Of a DNA stretch of 64,000 bases, positions 36,699-46,514 are shown one piece after another. Within the stretch, counting starts at the first letter, position 1. Every line of letters starts with the position of its first letter. The translations under genes were made by a program, and so were the position numbers. Source of the DNA: a virus; IMG/VR virus record IMGVR_UViG_3300037264_005839; one strand, given 5' to 3'. A model generated the notes under the pieces. That model had not been told where the DNA came from. It saw nothing but the letters and a program-made list of their open reading frames with translations, and did no database searches.

Positions 36699-37159
36699 AG
36701 ATCGTTCCACGGCAAGATGTGCGCGTCCTCTCCGAGCATCGTCGCCGCTTGTTCGCACAGGGCCATCCCCATGAGCTGATTTGACGGAGGCTCCCAGGGC
36801 CCTTCCCACCGCCGGTGACACTCCGCTGCGAGGGCCCGCCACGAATGACGTCGTTCGCATCGCAGATCACGTACTTCTTGAGCACGACTATCCGTCATCG
36901 TCTTCATCGCGTAGACGGAGAAAACGCTGGAAGTGCGGCCGGCCGCGCGCTGCATTTCTCGCAGGCCGTCAGGCGTGAGTTCGAAGAACCCCGGCACGGG
37001 TTCCGGTGGTCGCTCGCTCTCGGGCATTTTGCGGAGCACCTCGAGCAGCTCCAAGGACGAGACGACGCGGAGGCCCGGGCGCAGGATCTCTTGGTCCGCT
37101 GGATCGACGATGCCTGGGGTGCGCATGTACAGGTCGTCGGTGACGGCGAGATTGGCCAT
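36695..37159 (-). CDS. hypothetical protein
   Basis: 154 aa; ATG preceded by GTAGAAGGAGCG, with ATTTTCACGAAAGAC further upstream. Confidence 0.5.
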   Translation of the reverse strand: MANLAVTDDLYMRTPGIVDPADQEILRPGLRVVSSLELLEVLRKMPESERPPEPVPGFFELTPDGLREMQRAAGRTSSVFSVYAMKTMTDSRAQEVRDLRCERRHSWRALAAECHRRWEGPWEPPSNQLMGMALCEQAATMLGEDAHILPWNDL

Positions 37160-37273
37160 ACGCTCCTTCTACGATCTGCGAGCCCCGCAGACCAGTCTTT
37201 CGTGAAAATAGGGCGTCGGAAATGACGCAGCCTGACGGATGCCTCAGCCTCAGTGATCCCGGTAGAGTGGGGG

Positions 37274-37651
37274 ATGCTTCCCTGTCCAGAGTGCCACGGG
37301 GTCGGTCAGATTGTCTTGTTTCAGTACCCGAGGACATGCCCCACCTGTCAAGGAGGGGGTGTTCTTGAGGAGCCGGCGAAAAAGGAATCCACGCCCGAAA
37401 GCCGGATCTCTCGCTCGACCCCAGACATCACGATCACCGGAGGGTACGGATCAGGGGGAGGAAACTTCACCACCGTCACCGGAGGGAGCAGTACCTCCAT
37501 CACGATCACTGGAGGGGGAAGTACCTTCACCACATCATCCAGCACGGGAACTCTCACCTTCACCACATCATCCAGCACATCATCCAGCACGGGGATCTTT
37601 GACATTGCTCTCTCCGCCCCAAGGATCACCTTGAGTCCGCCAAAGGGCTGA
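37274..37651 (+). CDS. Zn-ribbon plus Gly/Ser/Thr-rich low-complexity repeat protein
   Basis: CPECHG..CPTCQGGG then ITITGGYGSGGGNFTTVTGGSSTSITITGGGSTFTTSSSTG...; ATG directly after CCCGGTAGAGTGGGGG. Confidence 0.5.
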   Translation: MLPCPECHGVGQIVLFQYPRTCPTCQGGGVLEEPAKKESTPESRISRSTPDITITGGYGSGGGNFTTVTGGSSTSITITGGGSTFTTSSSTGTLTFTTSSSTSSSTGIFDIALSAPRITLSPPKG

Positions 37652-37698
37652 CGGCGACCTCTGCCGAACCTTCCGGTGGGATGGGGTATAAGGGCCAG

Positions 37699-37965
37699 AT
37701 GCCCCCTGGCGACAATACGGAAGCGAGCACGTACGAATTGCTCGCCCGACAGGGCGACGAGCGCTATGAGCCCGGGAAAGGCCCATGGGCCAAGGATGAG
37801 GAACTCGACCAAGTCGACCTCGTGAGGCTTGAGGAGCTCGCGGCCAGGTACGGGATTCTCTCCGACGAGCGCGGGCTTCTCTCGGGTTGCGTGGAGCGTT
37901 TGGTCGAGGAAGTTCGTCGAGCCCGAGGATGGCCAACGCCCCCGCACGGCGAGGAGAACGAGTGA
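37699..37965 (+). CDS. hypothetical protein
   Basis: second ATG chosen because GGGGTATAAGGGCCAG immediately precedes it; alternative start 37681. Confidence 0.45.
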   Translation: MPPGDNTEASTYELLARQGDERYEPGKGPWAKDEELDQVDLVRLEELAARYGILSDERGLLSGCVERLVEEVRRARGWPTPPHGEENE

Positions 37966-38345
37966 TGGACGCTCTGTGTGTCAACTTCCCGGATCGAGCT
38001 GGTGCCCGCATCGACCTCGTTAACGTGAGCCGTGTCCGTGGAGGGGCATACGAAGGCGATGTTGACCGGCCTACCGTGATGCGGACGATGGCCGAGATTG
38101 GTCAGAAACTGTGGGGCGACCGAAGGACAATCCTCTACGCGTGTGATGATCCGCCGGGAGACATGATGGCGCTCGTCTGGCTGAGCCACCATGATCCTGT
38201 GAAGGATGACGCGGCCCACGGGAGCCACGCGTTCCTTGCCTTTTGCGGGGACCACCACGGACTCGACGTAGTCGGAGTCCTGCAGCGCTTCATTGACCGT
38301 CGCGGCCTCATGTGGGCCAATGTGGCGGAGGACTTCGAGATCTGA
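37965..38345 (+). CDS. hypothetical protein
   Basis: TGATG overlap; 126 aa. Confidence 0.5.
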   Translation: MDALCVNFPDRAGARIDLVNVSRVRGGAYEGDVDRPTVMRTMAEIGQKLWGDRRTILYACDDPPGDMMALVWLSHHDPVKDDAAHGSHAFLAFCGDHHGLDVVGVLQRFIDRRGLMWANVAEDFEI

Positions 38346-38361
38346 CGAGAGGAAACAACCG

Positions 38362-38880
38362 ATGACATGGATCATGGTGGATATCGAGAGCGACGGCCCG
38401 GTGCCAGGGCTCTACAGCATGGTGAGTCTCGGAGCCGTGGTCGTGGAACCGAGTCTGCAGCGTACCTTCTACGCACAGTTCCGTCCGATCTCGGACGGGT
38501 GGGTGCCTGAGGCGCTCGCAGTCTCCGGCCACACACGCGAGGAGTGCATGGAGTTTCCTTCCCCCGAAAAGGGAATGAACGAGTTCGCCTCGTGGCTCGC
38601 CAAGAATGGAGGCAATCGGCCGATGTTCGTGAGCGACAACAATGGCTTCGACTGGATGTTCGTGTGTTGGTACTTCTGGAAGTTCACCGGAGGATGTCCC
38701 CTCGGTCACTCGAGCACGAATCTCGGAAGCCTCTACAAGGGGCTCGTCCAGGACATGTCGAAGAACTTCAAGCATCTGAGGAAGACGCGTCACAGCCACC
38801 ACCCAGTTGAAGACGCAAAGGGAAATGCCGAGGCGATGCTCCACCTCAAAGACGAGTTGGGTCTCAAGATCGGATGGTGA
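38362..38880 (+). CDS. DEDD-family 3'-5' exonuclease
   Basis: MVDIESDGP (Exo I motif) and a later H..D; GAGAGGAAAC RBS. Confidence 0.75.
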   Translation: MTWIMVDIESDGPVPGLYSMVSLGAVVVEPSLQRTFYAQFRPISDGWVPEALAVSGHTREECMEFPSPEKGMNEFASWLAKNGGNRPMFVSDNNGFDWMFVCWYFWKFTGGCPLGHSSTNLGSLYKGLVQDMSKNFKHLRKTRHSHHPVEDAKGNAEAMLHLKDELGLKIGW

Positions 38881-38980
38881 TGTCGATGGCCGAGAATGAC
38901 GACTACGAACCCACCTCCGAGGAATTGAAGCTGAGCGCAAGTTCCATGAACTCAGGGAGCGTTACCCCACCTTCCTGCTG

Positions 38981-39217
38981 GTGTCGAAGATCGTGACGCG
39001 GCGCGCGAGGCTTCACCACCTCCGTTCGTTGGGCGCACCGCAAATAGTCTTGGAAGCTGAACAGACAATCCTCGACAACGCGCTCGACGCCTTGTGCGAG
39101 GCACTCCCCTTCGATGCTGAAGAACAGGGCTACCCGCTTCTTGGGACTCTCTTCCACTTCCGTGCAGAGTTCCTTCGATCTCCAGCACGACGTCCCTCGG
39201 GAAAACTCGACTCGTGA
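38981..39217 (+). CDS. hypothetical small protein
   Basis: GTG start; stop overlaps the next GTG start (GTGA), suggesting coupling; competing antisense ORF 38903..39226. Confidence 0.35.
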   Translation: MSKIVTRRARLHHLRSLGAPQIVLEAEQTILDNALDALCEALPFDAEEQGYPLLGTLFHFRAEFLRSPARRPSGKLDS

Positions 39218-39399
39218 CCATGACATTGAGTATTGTGGACGCTCCGACCGAGGTTCTCGCGCAGATCCTTGAGCTCATGGCCGACGACCATGATGACGAG
39301 GAAGTCATCTTGGAAGTGAGGCGCTTGTCTGGAGTTCTCCAGCAAGTCTCACTCAAGATTGGTGATGTTCGTCGGGAACATCGGCGGAGGATGAACTAG
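39214..39399 (+). CDS. hypothetical small acidic protein
   Basis: 61 aa. Confidence 0.45.
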   Translation: MTMTLSIVDAPTEVLAQILELMADDHDDEEVILEVRRLSGVLQQVSLKIGDVRREHRRRMN

Positions 39400-39401
39400 A
39401 C

Positions 39402-40067
39402 ATGGGCAAGAGACTCCTGCCCGTCATCCACGTCGTCGACGAGGCGCAAGCTCTAGCGCAGGTAAAGGTCGCCCGCGATGCAGGAGCCGATGGCGTGTGG
39501 CTCATTGGTCACGCGATGCCTGCCTTGGAGCTGCGGCGGGTCTTCATGAGCGCCCGGCGTGCACACGGCGATTTCTGGCTCGGGATCAACTTCCTCGATT
39601 TGACTGGCCCGAAGGCGATGATGACGGCGAGCGCCCTCACCTTGGTCGCCCGCGTGGATGGTCTGTGGACGGATAACGCCGACCCCGGCTCCTCCATGGC
39701 ATCCCTCGTGTGGGGTATCAAGCAACGAGAAGGCTGGACTGGACAGTATTTCGGGGGAGTAGCCTTCAAGTACCAGCGCGAAGTCAAGGATGTCGCAGCA
39801 GCGGCCGTAGCCGCGATGGCATGTATGGATGTCGTGACAACTTCCGGGGACGCTACTGGCGAGGCCGCCCGTATCGAGAAAATCGCGATGATGAAGCGTG
39901 CCATCGGCTCCTTCCCCCTCGCCATTGCTTCGGGAATTTCTCCCGAAAATGTGGGGGACTACCTCCCCCACGTGGATTGCTTCCTGGTGGCCACCGGGAT
40001 CAGCCGAGATTTCCACGAGCTCGATCCGGGACGTACCCGGACGCTGGCCAACCTCGTGCACGGCTAG
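39402..40067 (+). CDS. TIM-barrel-type protein (BtpA/SgcQ- or PcrB-like?)
   Basis: LPVIHVVDEAQAL...GADGVWLIGH...; function not resolved. Confidence 0.4.
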   Translation: MGKRLLPVIHVVDEAQALAQVKVARDAGADGVWLIGHAMPALELRRVFMSARRAHGDFWLGINFLDLTGPKAMMTASALTLVARVDGLWTDNADPGSSMASLVWGIKQREGWTGQYFGGVAFKYQREVKDVAAAAVAAMACMDVVTTSGDATGEAARIEKIAMMKRAIGSFPLAIASGISPENVGDYLPHVDCFLVATGISRDFHELDPGRTRTLANLVHG

Positions 40068-40160
40068 CCCCTCTGGACACGGATCACCCCACCTCGCTGG
40101 TGACGCTCTACGACGCCTCCTGAGGGCCTGTACTTCTCAGGGGGTACAAGGGAGGAGGCC

Positions 40161-40328
40161 ATGCCCGCCGAATCCCTGACGACCGTCCAGGAGGCCCCAG
40201 AGCCCCTCGACCAAGACCACCTCCAAGAGTCCCTCGACCTCATCAGAGACGAGGCCACGGAGACAGTGCGCCATGGGCGCGGAAGTGTCCCCACACCCGG
40301 CCCGCGAGATGGAAAAGCCGATGAGTGA
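40161..40328 (+). CDS. hypothetical small acidic protein
   Basis: ATG right after GGGGTACAAGGGAGGAGGCC; 55 aa. Confidence 0.35.
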   Translation: MPAESLTTVQEAPEPLDQDHLQESLDLIRDEATETVRHGRGSVPTPGPRDGKADE

Positions 40329-40674
40329 CAAGTGCCCTGATTGCGGAGTATCTCCCGGAGAAGAGCACCAAAGCGGCTGCGACGTAGAGCGCTGCTCCGT
40401 GTGCAAAGGCCAGTGGATCTCGTGCGGCCATGAGGAGCACGACTCGTCGCTGTCGAAGTGGATGGGTGAGTGGCCTGGCGTCGCTGAGTGCCGCGAGCGT
40501 GGCTGGTACGCCGTGCATCGTCCAGACCTCGGCGCCTGCGTGCCGGGGACCGGGAATTGGTGGCCGTGCACGAAGGACTACCCCGACGCGTCGGAGGATC
40601 TCAACCGTTGGACGTACTTCAACCAAACAGGTCACGACCTCTTCGCGGACGCCCCCACCCTCAAGGAGAATTGA
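40321..40674 (+). CDS. Cys/His-rich zinc-binding protein
   Basis: CPDCG...SGCDVERCSVCKGQWISCGHEEH. Confidence 0.5.
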   Translation: MSDKCPDCGVSPGEEHQSGCDVERCSVCKGQWISCGHEEHDSSLSKWMGEWPGVAECRERGWYAVHRPDLGACVPGTGNWWPCTKDYPDASEDLNRWTYFNQTGHDLFADAPTLKEN

Positions 40675-40675
40675 C

Positions 40676-41155
40676 GTGTCAACGCTCGAGCTCGACGAGA
40701 AAGAATCCGAAGTTGTTGTTGTCCTCGTGCGTCGCTTCGCCCGACGCTTGCGTGAGGATGTGTCAGGCGCGATCCTTATGAACATCCCGTCTGGGATCCT
40801 CGACGACAAGGGCGTCGTCGCGCTTGCCAACAAGATCGAGAATCTGACCATCCGAGAGGGATTGCGAGATCGTGACGACGTGCAAATGGGGGCTCCTTCG
40901 TACCTCCCCGACTCCTTCGACACCATCACCGTGAACGTCCTCCTCGATCTGCTTGGGCTTGTGATGGCCCCGGACGAAATGCCGTCGGACAAGATGTTGG
41001 AGGGGCTCACCCGGGAGCAGCTTGAGGAGGTAGGTCGTTGGTGCGGAGACGTGCACCTGGGCGCGTCTGACAATCCGGTTGAGGCCGGCCCGATGCCCGT
41101 GTGCCTCCGGGATCATCTACCAGACGGACACACCTACAAGACTTGGAGGGTGTAA
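40676..41155 (+). CDS. hypothetical protein
   Basis: GTG start 2 nt after upstream stop; 159 aa. Confidence 0.5.
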   Translation: MSTLELDEKESEVVVVLVRRFARRLREDVSGAILMNIPSGILDDKGVVALANKIENLTIREGLRDRDDVQMGAPSYLPDSFDTITVNVLLDLLGLVMAPDEMPSDKMLEGLTREQLEEVGRWCGDVHLGASDNPVEAGPMPVCLRDHLPDGHTYKTWRV

Positions 41156-41158
41156 GCC

Positions 41159-41866
41159 ATGAAACCGGCGCTGCTGATAACGTGGACAGAATCCGAGGCG
41201 GGATGGGGGCAGCGTCCAGATGGTGCGTCGCTGCACCTGTCGCAGGAGGATGTGACCGCCTACATCAAGGACTACTGGGATCGCGAGAAGGAACTCAATC
41301 CAAGTGGCGCTACTCCCCACGAGTACTCACGCCCGGACGGAGACCGAGGACGACTCGTCTTGGTCGATGACAATATCTACGAGAAGATCAAGGCAAGCAC
41401 GAATGGCGTCCTGGTGTGGCAGACGGAGTACAGCAAGATGCGTTCGGAGAAACGCATCGTGACCGACATCGGCAGCCGCCAAGAGGCTGCGACCGTCGAG
41501 CCCGAGGCTGCCTTCGTCGGCATCGTCGAGCGCAACGACTGGGAAGGAGAGGTGTTCGGCTACTACTGGGATCGCACGCCCGAGGCAGAGGAGGCGCTGG
41601 CCGGCATCTTGAAGCGGTACGAGGCCGAGGGCGACATCAGCATGCGCCTGGAGCTGGCGACGGAAGAACGCCTGCGTGAGCTCGACGACGCCGACCGCAA
41701 CGGCTACCGCAAACGCATCACCATCTACGAGCCCCCGGACGACTGGTCCTCGTTCGTCAAGAAACTTGCCCCGGACGCCCAGAAGATCACCGACGACGAT
41801 GTGCACCCCTTCTACAAGGGGCGAGGTCTCCCAACGGAGATGGAACGTCCTCGGTGGAGGGAGTAG
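41159..41866 (+). CDS. hypothetical protein
   Basis: GGAGGGTGTAAGCC RBS; 235 aa. Confidence 0.55.
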   Translation: MKPALLITWTESEAGWGQRPDGASLHLSQEDVTAYIKDYWDREKELNPSGATPHEYSRPDGDRGRLVLVDDNIYEKIKASTNGVLVWQTEYSKMRSEKRIVTDIGSRQEAATVEPEAAFVGIVERNDWEGEVFGYYWDRTPEAEEALAGILKRYEAEGDISMRLELATEERLRELDDADRNGYRKRITIYEPPDDWSSFVKKLAPDAQKITDDDVHPFYKGRGLPTEMERPRWRE

Positions 41867-41875
41867 GATCGAAGC

Positions 41876-42094
41876 ATGCCTCGTGCTGAGTGTCCCGTGT
41901 GCCGCATGCTGCTCTCCGACCAACGGTACCTGCCATCCATCGACGGCAAGCACTGGGAGTGCGCCGTAGGGGCATGGGGCGTCCAGATGATCGAGGAGCA
42001 CGGCGTGCTGTGGCCCGTCAAGTTCGTCGTGAGCATGTTCGTGCTGTCCTTCTTCGCCTCGTGCGCCCTGACAATGTGTGGGGTGTCGTCATGA
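41876..42094 (+). CDS. small Zn-ribbon membrane protein
   Basis: CPVCRM..; C-terminal TM. Confidence 0.45.
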   Translation: MPRAECPVCRMLLSDQRYLPSIDGKHWECAVGAWGVQMIEEHGVLWPVKFVVSMFVLSFFASCALTMCGVSS

Positions 42095-42600
42095 CCGTGA
42101 TCGACATGAAGGAGGCGCGCGAGCGGCTTGAGCGACGCCGGGAGGATGCCGCGCATCAGCGCATGCGCCACAAGATCGAGGAGGAGAAGTCCGAGGCTCG
42201 AGCCAATGGTCTCACCTGGACCAAGTACCGCCCCTTCCACACGAACATGGAGGCCGTAGGAGCAATGGTGTGCTGCTCGTGCCAAGGCCGTGGCCGCAAG
42301 CGTTCAACTGCTCGAGCCGCCCAGTACGTGAGCTACTCGACAGAGCTTCCCGGCCGCGTGACCCAGTGCACTTGGTGCTACGAAGGACTCGGTGTCGTGG
42401 CGGATGAGCTGACCCTCCGCATGAGGGAGATGCTCTCCTACGCCTACGACGAGGATGGCCACGAATGCCTGACTGTCCCGCCAGCCACCCGAGCAGCTCT
42501 GCGACGACGAGACTTGGTGAATGGATGCAGCCTGACCGAGAATGGTCTCAAGGCACGCCTACTCATTCAGGAAGAAGCCAAGCGGAGGCGCACGTCGTGA
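42091..42600 (+). CDS. hypothetical protein
   Basis: ATGA overlap; CCSCQGRG. Confidence 0.5.
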   Translation: MTVIDMKEARERLERRREDAAHQRMRHKIEEEKSEARANGLTWTKYRPFHTNMEAVGAMVCCSCQGRGRKRSTARAAQYVSYSTELPGRVTQCTWCYEGLGVVADELTLRMREMLSYAYDEDGHECLTVPPATRAALRRRDLVNGCSLTENGLKARLLIQEEAKRRRTS

Positions 42601-43319
42601 GCTCGGACATCAGCGACGACCGGGTGCGACGGCTCCTTGAGTACGACCCTCTTCTCGAGGCGGAGTCGGAGTCGCAGGTCACGGGTGTGGATGCGGACGC
42701 CATCGGACTCTTCAACGTCCACGCCAACGCAGCCGCCAAGCAGGAGGCACTGTCAAAGCGTAGGGACACATTCTGGTCGTGTCCGATCGACTACTTCCGC
42801 GAGATCCTGAAAATCGAGGGCTTCTGGCTCATCGACAAGACGGGTGTGCAGGGAGACGAAGAGCAGTTCTACTGGCAACCCGAAGACGGGATCCTGCTGC
42901 ACTCGTCACAGCACGGAGAGACAGACCCTCACCTCGACGCTGCGAGCCTGTACTTCAACTGCCTCGTCCCGTTCGGGAAGTGGAAGGAGTTGCGCGGGGT
43001 CCCGTGCTCCTCTGCTCCCGTCAAGTTGTCGACGGGCGACGAGTTCACGTGCCGATACACGCTCGACGGGCGTGAAGGGATGCGCTTCAAGTTGCGCAAG
43101 CTCAGGACCTACGGGGCCTTCGTGAGCCCATGGATCATGCCTCCACTCTTGACACCCCTCGTCTTCTCAAGCGAGTGGTATGCCATCCGGCGCGCCAGGG
43201 ACGACACGTCATTCCTGCTTGAAGATCCGAGTGTGGTGTCCGTACACGACAAGCGGATCGCTCGCATGCCAGTAGATGTGCGGGCGTGCTTGGCCGTCTG
43301 CCAGGAGAATCGACGGTGA
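42597..43319 (+). CDS. hypothetical protein
   Basis: GTGA overlap; 240 aa. Confidence 0.5.
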   Translation: MSSDISDDRVRRLLEYDPLLEAESESQVTGVDADAIGLFNVHANAAAKQEALSKRRDTFWSCPIDYFREILKIEGFWLIDKTGVQGDEEQFYWQPEDGILLHSSQHGETDPHLDAASLYFNCLVPFGKWKELRGVPCSSAPVKLSTGDEFTCRYTLDGREGMRFKLRKLRTYGAFVSPWIMPPLLTPLVFSSEWYAIRRARDDTSFLLEDPSVVSVHDKRIARMPVDVRACLAVCQENRR

Positions 43320-43711
43320 GGCGGCTCCTCATCGATGACGCCCTCCGGGAGGCATGCAGCAGGTTGCGGGCGCACGCCCACGATCCGGCGCACTGGTACA
43401 GGCTTGGAAAGTCCACGGTCGTGCCAGGGGATATGCCCGAGCATGTGCTCTCGTTGCCCGAAGGGTTTCGCGTGGTGTTCAGTGTCACCGAGGCCCCTGA
43501 GTATAGGCCGCGTCCCTTCCGGCACCTGAGCGTGTCGGTCGACGGCCCGAATTACCCTCATCCGATCGCCGTATGGACACTCGCGGATCTCCTTGGTTTC
43601 ACGGGCGCCGAGATGACGGATGCCGTTGTCGTCGGCCCCGGACCATGGGCCATGGACATCGACAAGACAGAGCACTGCATCGTTGTCCAACAACCGCTGG
43701 AAGATGCCTGA
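43316..43711 (+). CDS. hypothetical protein
   Basis: GTGA overlap; 131 aa. Confidence 0.5.
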   Translation: MRRLLIDDALREACSRLRAHAHDPAHWYRLGKSTVVPGDMPEHVLSLPEGFRVVFSVTEAPEYRPRPFRHLSVSVDGPNYPHPIAVWTLADLLGFTGAEMTDAVVVGPGPWAMDIDKTEHCIVVQQPLEDA

Positions 43712-43721
43712 CAGGAGAAAC

Positions 43722-43922
43722 ATGACCGACCGCATCCATGCCCTCACCGTGATCCTGGACCAAGACTACCGTGACGACGACGTCCAATCCATCATCCAAG
43801 CCATCCAGATGACCAAAGGTGTCCTCGACGTCAAGATGCACGTGACGGATATCTCGGATCTCACGGCCCGAGAACGCGTCAAGCACGAGATGCAGATGAA
43901 GATCTTGGGTCTGTTCAAATGA
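43722..43922 (+). CDS. hypothetical small protein
   Basis: AGGAGAAAC RBS; 66 aa. Confidence 0.45.
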   Translation: MTDRIHALTVILDQDYRDDDVQSIIQAIQMTKGVLDVKMHVTDISDLTARERVKHEMQMKILGLFK

Positions 43923-44668
43923 GCGACGACAAGCAGAACTTGGGCCCATTACTGGCCGGTCTAGGCGCCCGACGGATAGGCGTCGAACACTGGACCGAGC
44001 ACGACTTCGAGATGGAGCGCATCGGTCGTGAACAGAACCAGCGCACGTACGCGCGACGCCTTGAGCAGCTCGAGGCTGCAGGCTGGGTTCCTTTCCAGGG
44101 ACCTTTCTACTACGCGCGTCGAGAGTTCCACGGCGGCCATCTCATCCCGGACACGAAGAAGCGCGTACCCACCAAGGTTGCGTTCGCCATGTTTCGGGAT
44201 CAGAACCCGGATGTCGCACTCGAGCCCTACAGGCCGCACCCGCATGGATGGACGTCACCTCCGAGTACGCGCGGGTTGATCCACCAAGAAATCGTCAGTG
44301 TCGAGCCGATGAAGGTCCCGACGTTCGGGCTCTTCGCGATGAAGAACGAGGATTTCGGCTACGGCACGGAGAATCTCGAGCGTGCAGACCGATGGAGGGT
44401 CTTCTGCGCTGGGTTCACTGGCGTGCGTAGCACGGGGACCGGATCGTCAAGGGACGAGGAGACCGGGAAAGGGCGCGACGCCGTGTTCGTCACACTTGAC
44501 CATGATGCCGACGCGGCGAAGTTCCCTGCCGAGTGGGAGGGACGCCTCGTCGTCGTGCGCGTCAAAGCCGAAGCCGACGAGCTCGCCGAGAAGAAAGCCC
44601 GGCGCGAGATTGAGGAGGCCAGCTACCGGGAAGAGTCCGAGTGGCTCAGAAAGGCAAGGATCTCGTGA
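43919..44668 (+). CDS. hypothetical protein
   Basis: ATGA overlap; 249 aa. Confidence 0.55.
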   Translation: MSDDKQNLGPLLAGLGARRIGVEHWTEHDFEMERIGREQNQRTYARRLEQLEAAGWVPFQGPFYYARREFHGGHLIPDTKKRVPTKVAFAMFRDQNPDVALEPYRPHPHGWTSPPSTRGLIHQEIVSVEPMKVPTFGLFAMKNEDFGYGTENLERADRWRVFCAGFTGVRSTGTGSSRDEETGKGRDAVFVTLDHDADAAKFPAEWEGRLVVVRVKAEADELAEKKARREIEEASYREESEWLRKARIS

Positions 44669-45150
44669 GCGACCACTACAGTTTCCCCATCTACGAGGTT
44701 GTCCCCGCGCTTCGCGACGCAAGGGTGTCCCCTGCGGAACCCTTCAGCCGGAGCCTCTCTCAGGTCGGAGCCAAGGCTCTTGGGGAGGCAGCAGAACTGT
44801 TGAGCAATCACCTCATCCACAACCGCAAAGAAACAGGCATCACGGACGAGGAACTAGACGCGCTTCGGTCGATCCGGCGCAAGCTCGAAGCATGCGAGAA
44901 GGCCGATCTCTTGTTGCGCCGCAAGCAAGACCTGATCCTGCGGTGCATGCATCCCGACGGCTGCTACCACGGTTATCTCTCGAAGGAGATCAAGCTCCGC
45001 GCGTACGAACTTGCCGGAGCCGATCCTCTCGACGGCCTGCATGGGCTGCATCTCGGGTGGGAGAACCAGCAGCTAAACGCCGTCTTTGAATTTCTGGCTG
45101 GGCATGTCGAGAGGTTGCAGCGCGAGGACTTCGCGCGCTGCAGGATCTAG
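44665..45150 (+). CDS. hypothetical protein
   Basis: GTGA overlap; last gene of the long plus-strand block. Confidence 0.5.
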   Translation: MSDHYSFPIYEVVPALRDARVSPAEPFSRSLSQVGAKALGEAAELLSNHLIHNRKETGITDEELDALRSIRRKLEACEKADLLLRRKQDLILRCMHPDGCYHGYLSKEIKLRAYELAGADPLDGLHGLHLGWENQQLNAVFEFLAGHVERLQREDFARCRI

Positions 45151-45371
45151 TTCAGACACTGTTTAGGTGCAGCGACAACTTGGAAGCGGACGGTCATAGG
45201 GAAGACCACCTGCATCCAGCCTTCGGCCTCACGTCGCTCGTCTACGGTGCAGTTCTGGATCTCGATGCGGACATCGCCGATGCCGAGGTCCAAGACGTAC
45301 ACGCGCTCACGGCCGATGCCAAGTTTCTCGGAGAGGACGCTCTTAACTTCTTCGATCTTCGTAGGGGACAT
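45147..45371 (-). CDS. hypothetical small protein
   Basis: 74-aa ORF, convergent with 44665..45150. Confidence 0.4.
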   Translation of the reverse strand: MSPTKIEEVKSVLSEKLGIGRERVYVLDLGIGDVRIEIQNCTVDERREAEGWMQVVFPMTVRFQVVAAPKQCLN

Positions 45372-45396
45372 CTTCTATTCTACGCTGCGGGAGAAG

Positions 45397-45618
45397 TCAT
45401 GGTCGTTGGGGAATGCGGTAGTGCTTGGAGAAACGCTCGCTCGCCTCGTGCAGCGTCTCGCCCTCAAACTCGAATTCCTCGCGCGTGATGATTCTCCAAC
45501 CTCGCTCGACGCTATGCGTCTGACGGTCGAGGCCCAGGAACATCGGGTGATCGAAGACCCGCGCAAGCCAGTCCGGCACCCGGTCCTCTGCCTGCTGAAC
45601 CTGCTTGAGCCAGCTCAT
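45397..45618 (-). CDS. hypothetical small protein
   Basis: 73-aa ORF. Confidence 0.45.
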   Translation of the reverse strand: MSWLKQVQQAEDRVPDWLARVFDHPMFLGLDRQTHSVERGWRIITREEFEFEGETLHEASERFSKHYRIPQRP

Positions 45619-45622
45619 ACTT

Positions 45623-45919
45623 CTACGCTTTCAGCCATTGTTCCAAGAAGTCCGCCACCTGCCGCAGTTCGACTGGTGTGGCGTCGCTTTTAAGTGTGTT
45701 GGCACGATGCGAAAGCACGAGGACGTTCCCACGAACATACCCCAGCCGAGGGTCGATGCGGTCCAAAGATGGAGAATAGGGCGACGCTTTCCCCTCTCCG
45801 GTCCGCAGCGGAATCCCGAGCACAGGGCACTGTTCGGGAACCAAGATGTCGTCGAGAGTCAGGTCGAACGGTAGCCCGTACCGTAGAGCCCGTTGCCTTG
45901 CATTCTGCAGAAGCACCAC
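45623..45919 (-). CDS. HNH-family endonuclease
   Basis: CPVLGIPL...LDRIDPRLGYVRGNVLVLSHRANTLKSD. Confidence 0.6.
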   Translation of the reverse strand: MVLLQNARQRALRYGLPFDLTLDDILVPEQCPVLGIPLRTGEGKASPYSPSLDRIDPRLGYVRGNVLVLSHRANTLKSDATPVELRQVADFLEQWLKA

Positions 45920-45974
45920 TTCCGGTCGAGTCCGGTGGTGCCGTCGATCGGCCGGGGTTTCACCAAGTCAGACA

Positions 45975-46427
45975 TCAGCCTGTCCTGCTCTCTTCCTCGA
46001 AACGTGCTTGTGCCTCAGCATATCGCTTCTCCTGTGCCGCCCACCACCGCTCACGCTGCCGCCGCGCTTTGGCCAACTTCCAGTAGGGCTGGTCTCGCGG
46101 GCTGTCCCTTCCGATCATGGCCGAACCCTTGATAAACTCGGCTCGCTCCTGTGAAAGTACGAGGGAGAACTCAGTGGGCTTCGGGGCGCCTTCGGGACGC
46201 TCCTCGCCCTCAACGACGATCCCCACCTTCTTGGCGACCTGCTGGATCACCTCCCTGAGCGTGTACTCGAGGTGATTGATGTAATCGTAGAGCTCGCGGC
46301 ACTCGTCAGCGGTCAGCGTCGCGTCGCAGTGTGCCTGTGATGCAACGCCGAGGATCCCGTTGACACTTCCGGGACGGATGTCGCCTGGGTGATACATGTG
46401 AAGGGGAGGGCAGTGTGTTCGAGACAT
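45975..46427 (-). CDS. hypothetical protein
   Basis: ATG preceded by TTTTCACGAA...GAGTATAACGAGAGGTC. Confidence 0.5.
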   Translation of the reverse strand: MSRTHCPPLHMYHPGDIRPGSVNGILGVASQAHCDATLTADECRELYDYINHLEYTLREVIQQVAKKVGIVVEGEERPEGAPKPTEFSLVLSQERAEFIKGSAMIGRDSPRDQPYWKLAKARRQRERWWAAQEKRYAEAQARFEEESRTG

Positions 46428-46514
46428 GACCTCTCGTTATACTCGATCCGCGTTCGTGAAAAGTGTGGATCGACCGCGTGCACGGCAAGAATGTCCCTGT
46501 GCCGAAACGGCGTC

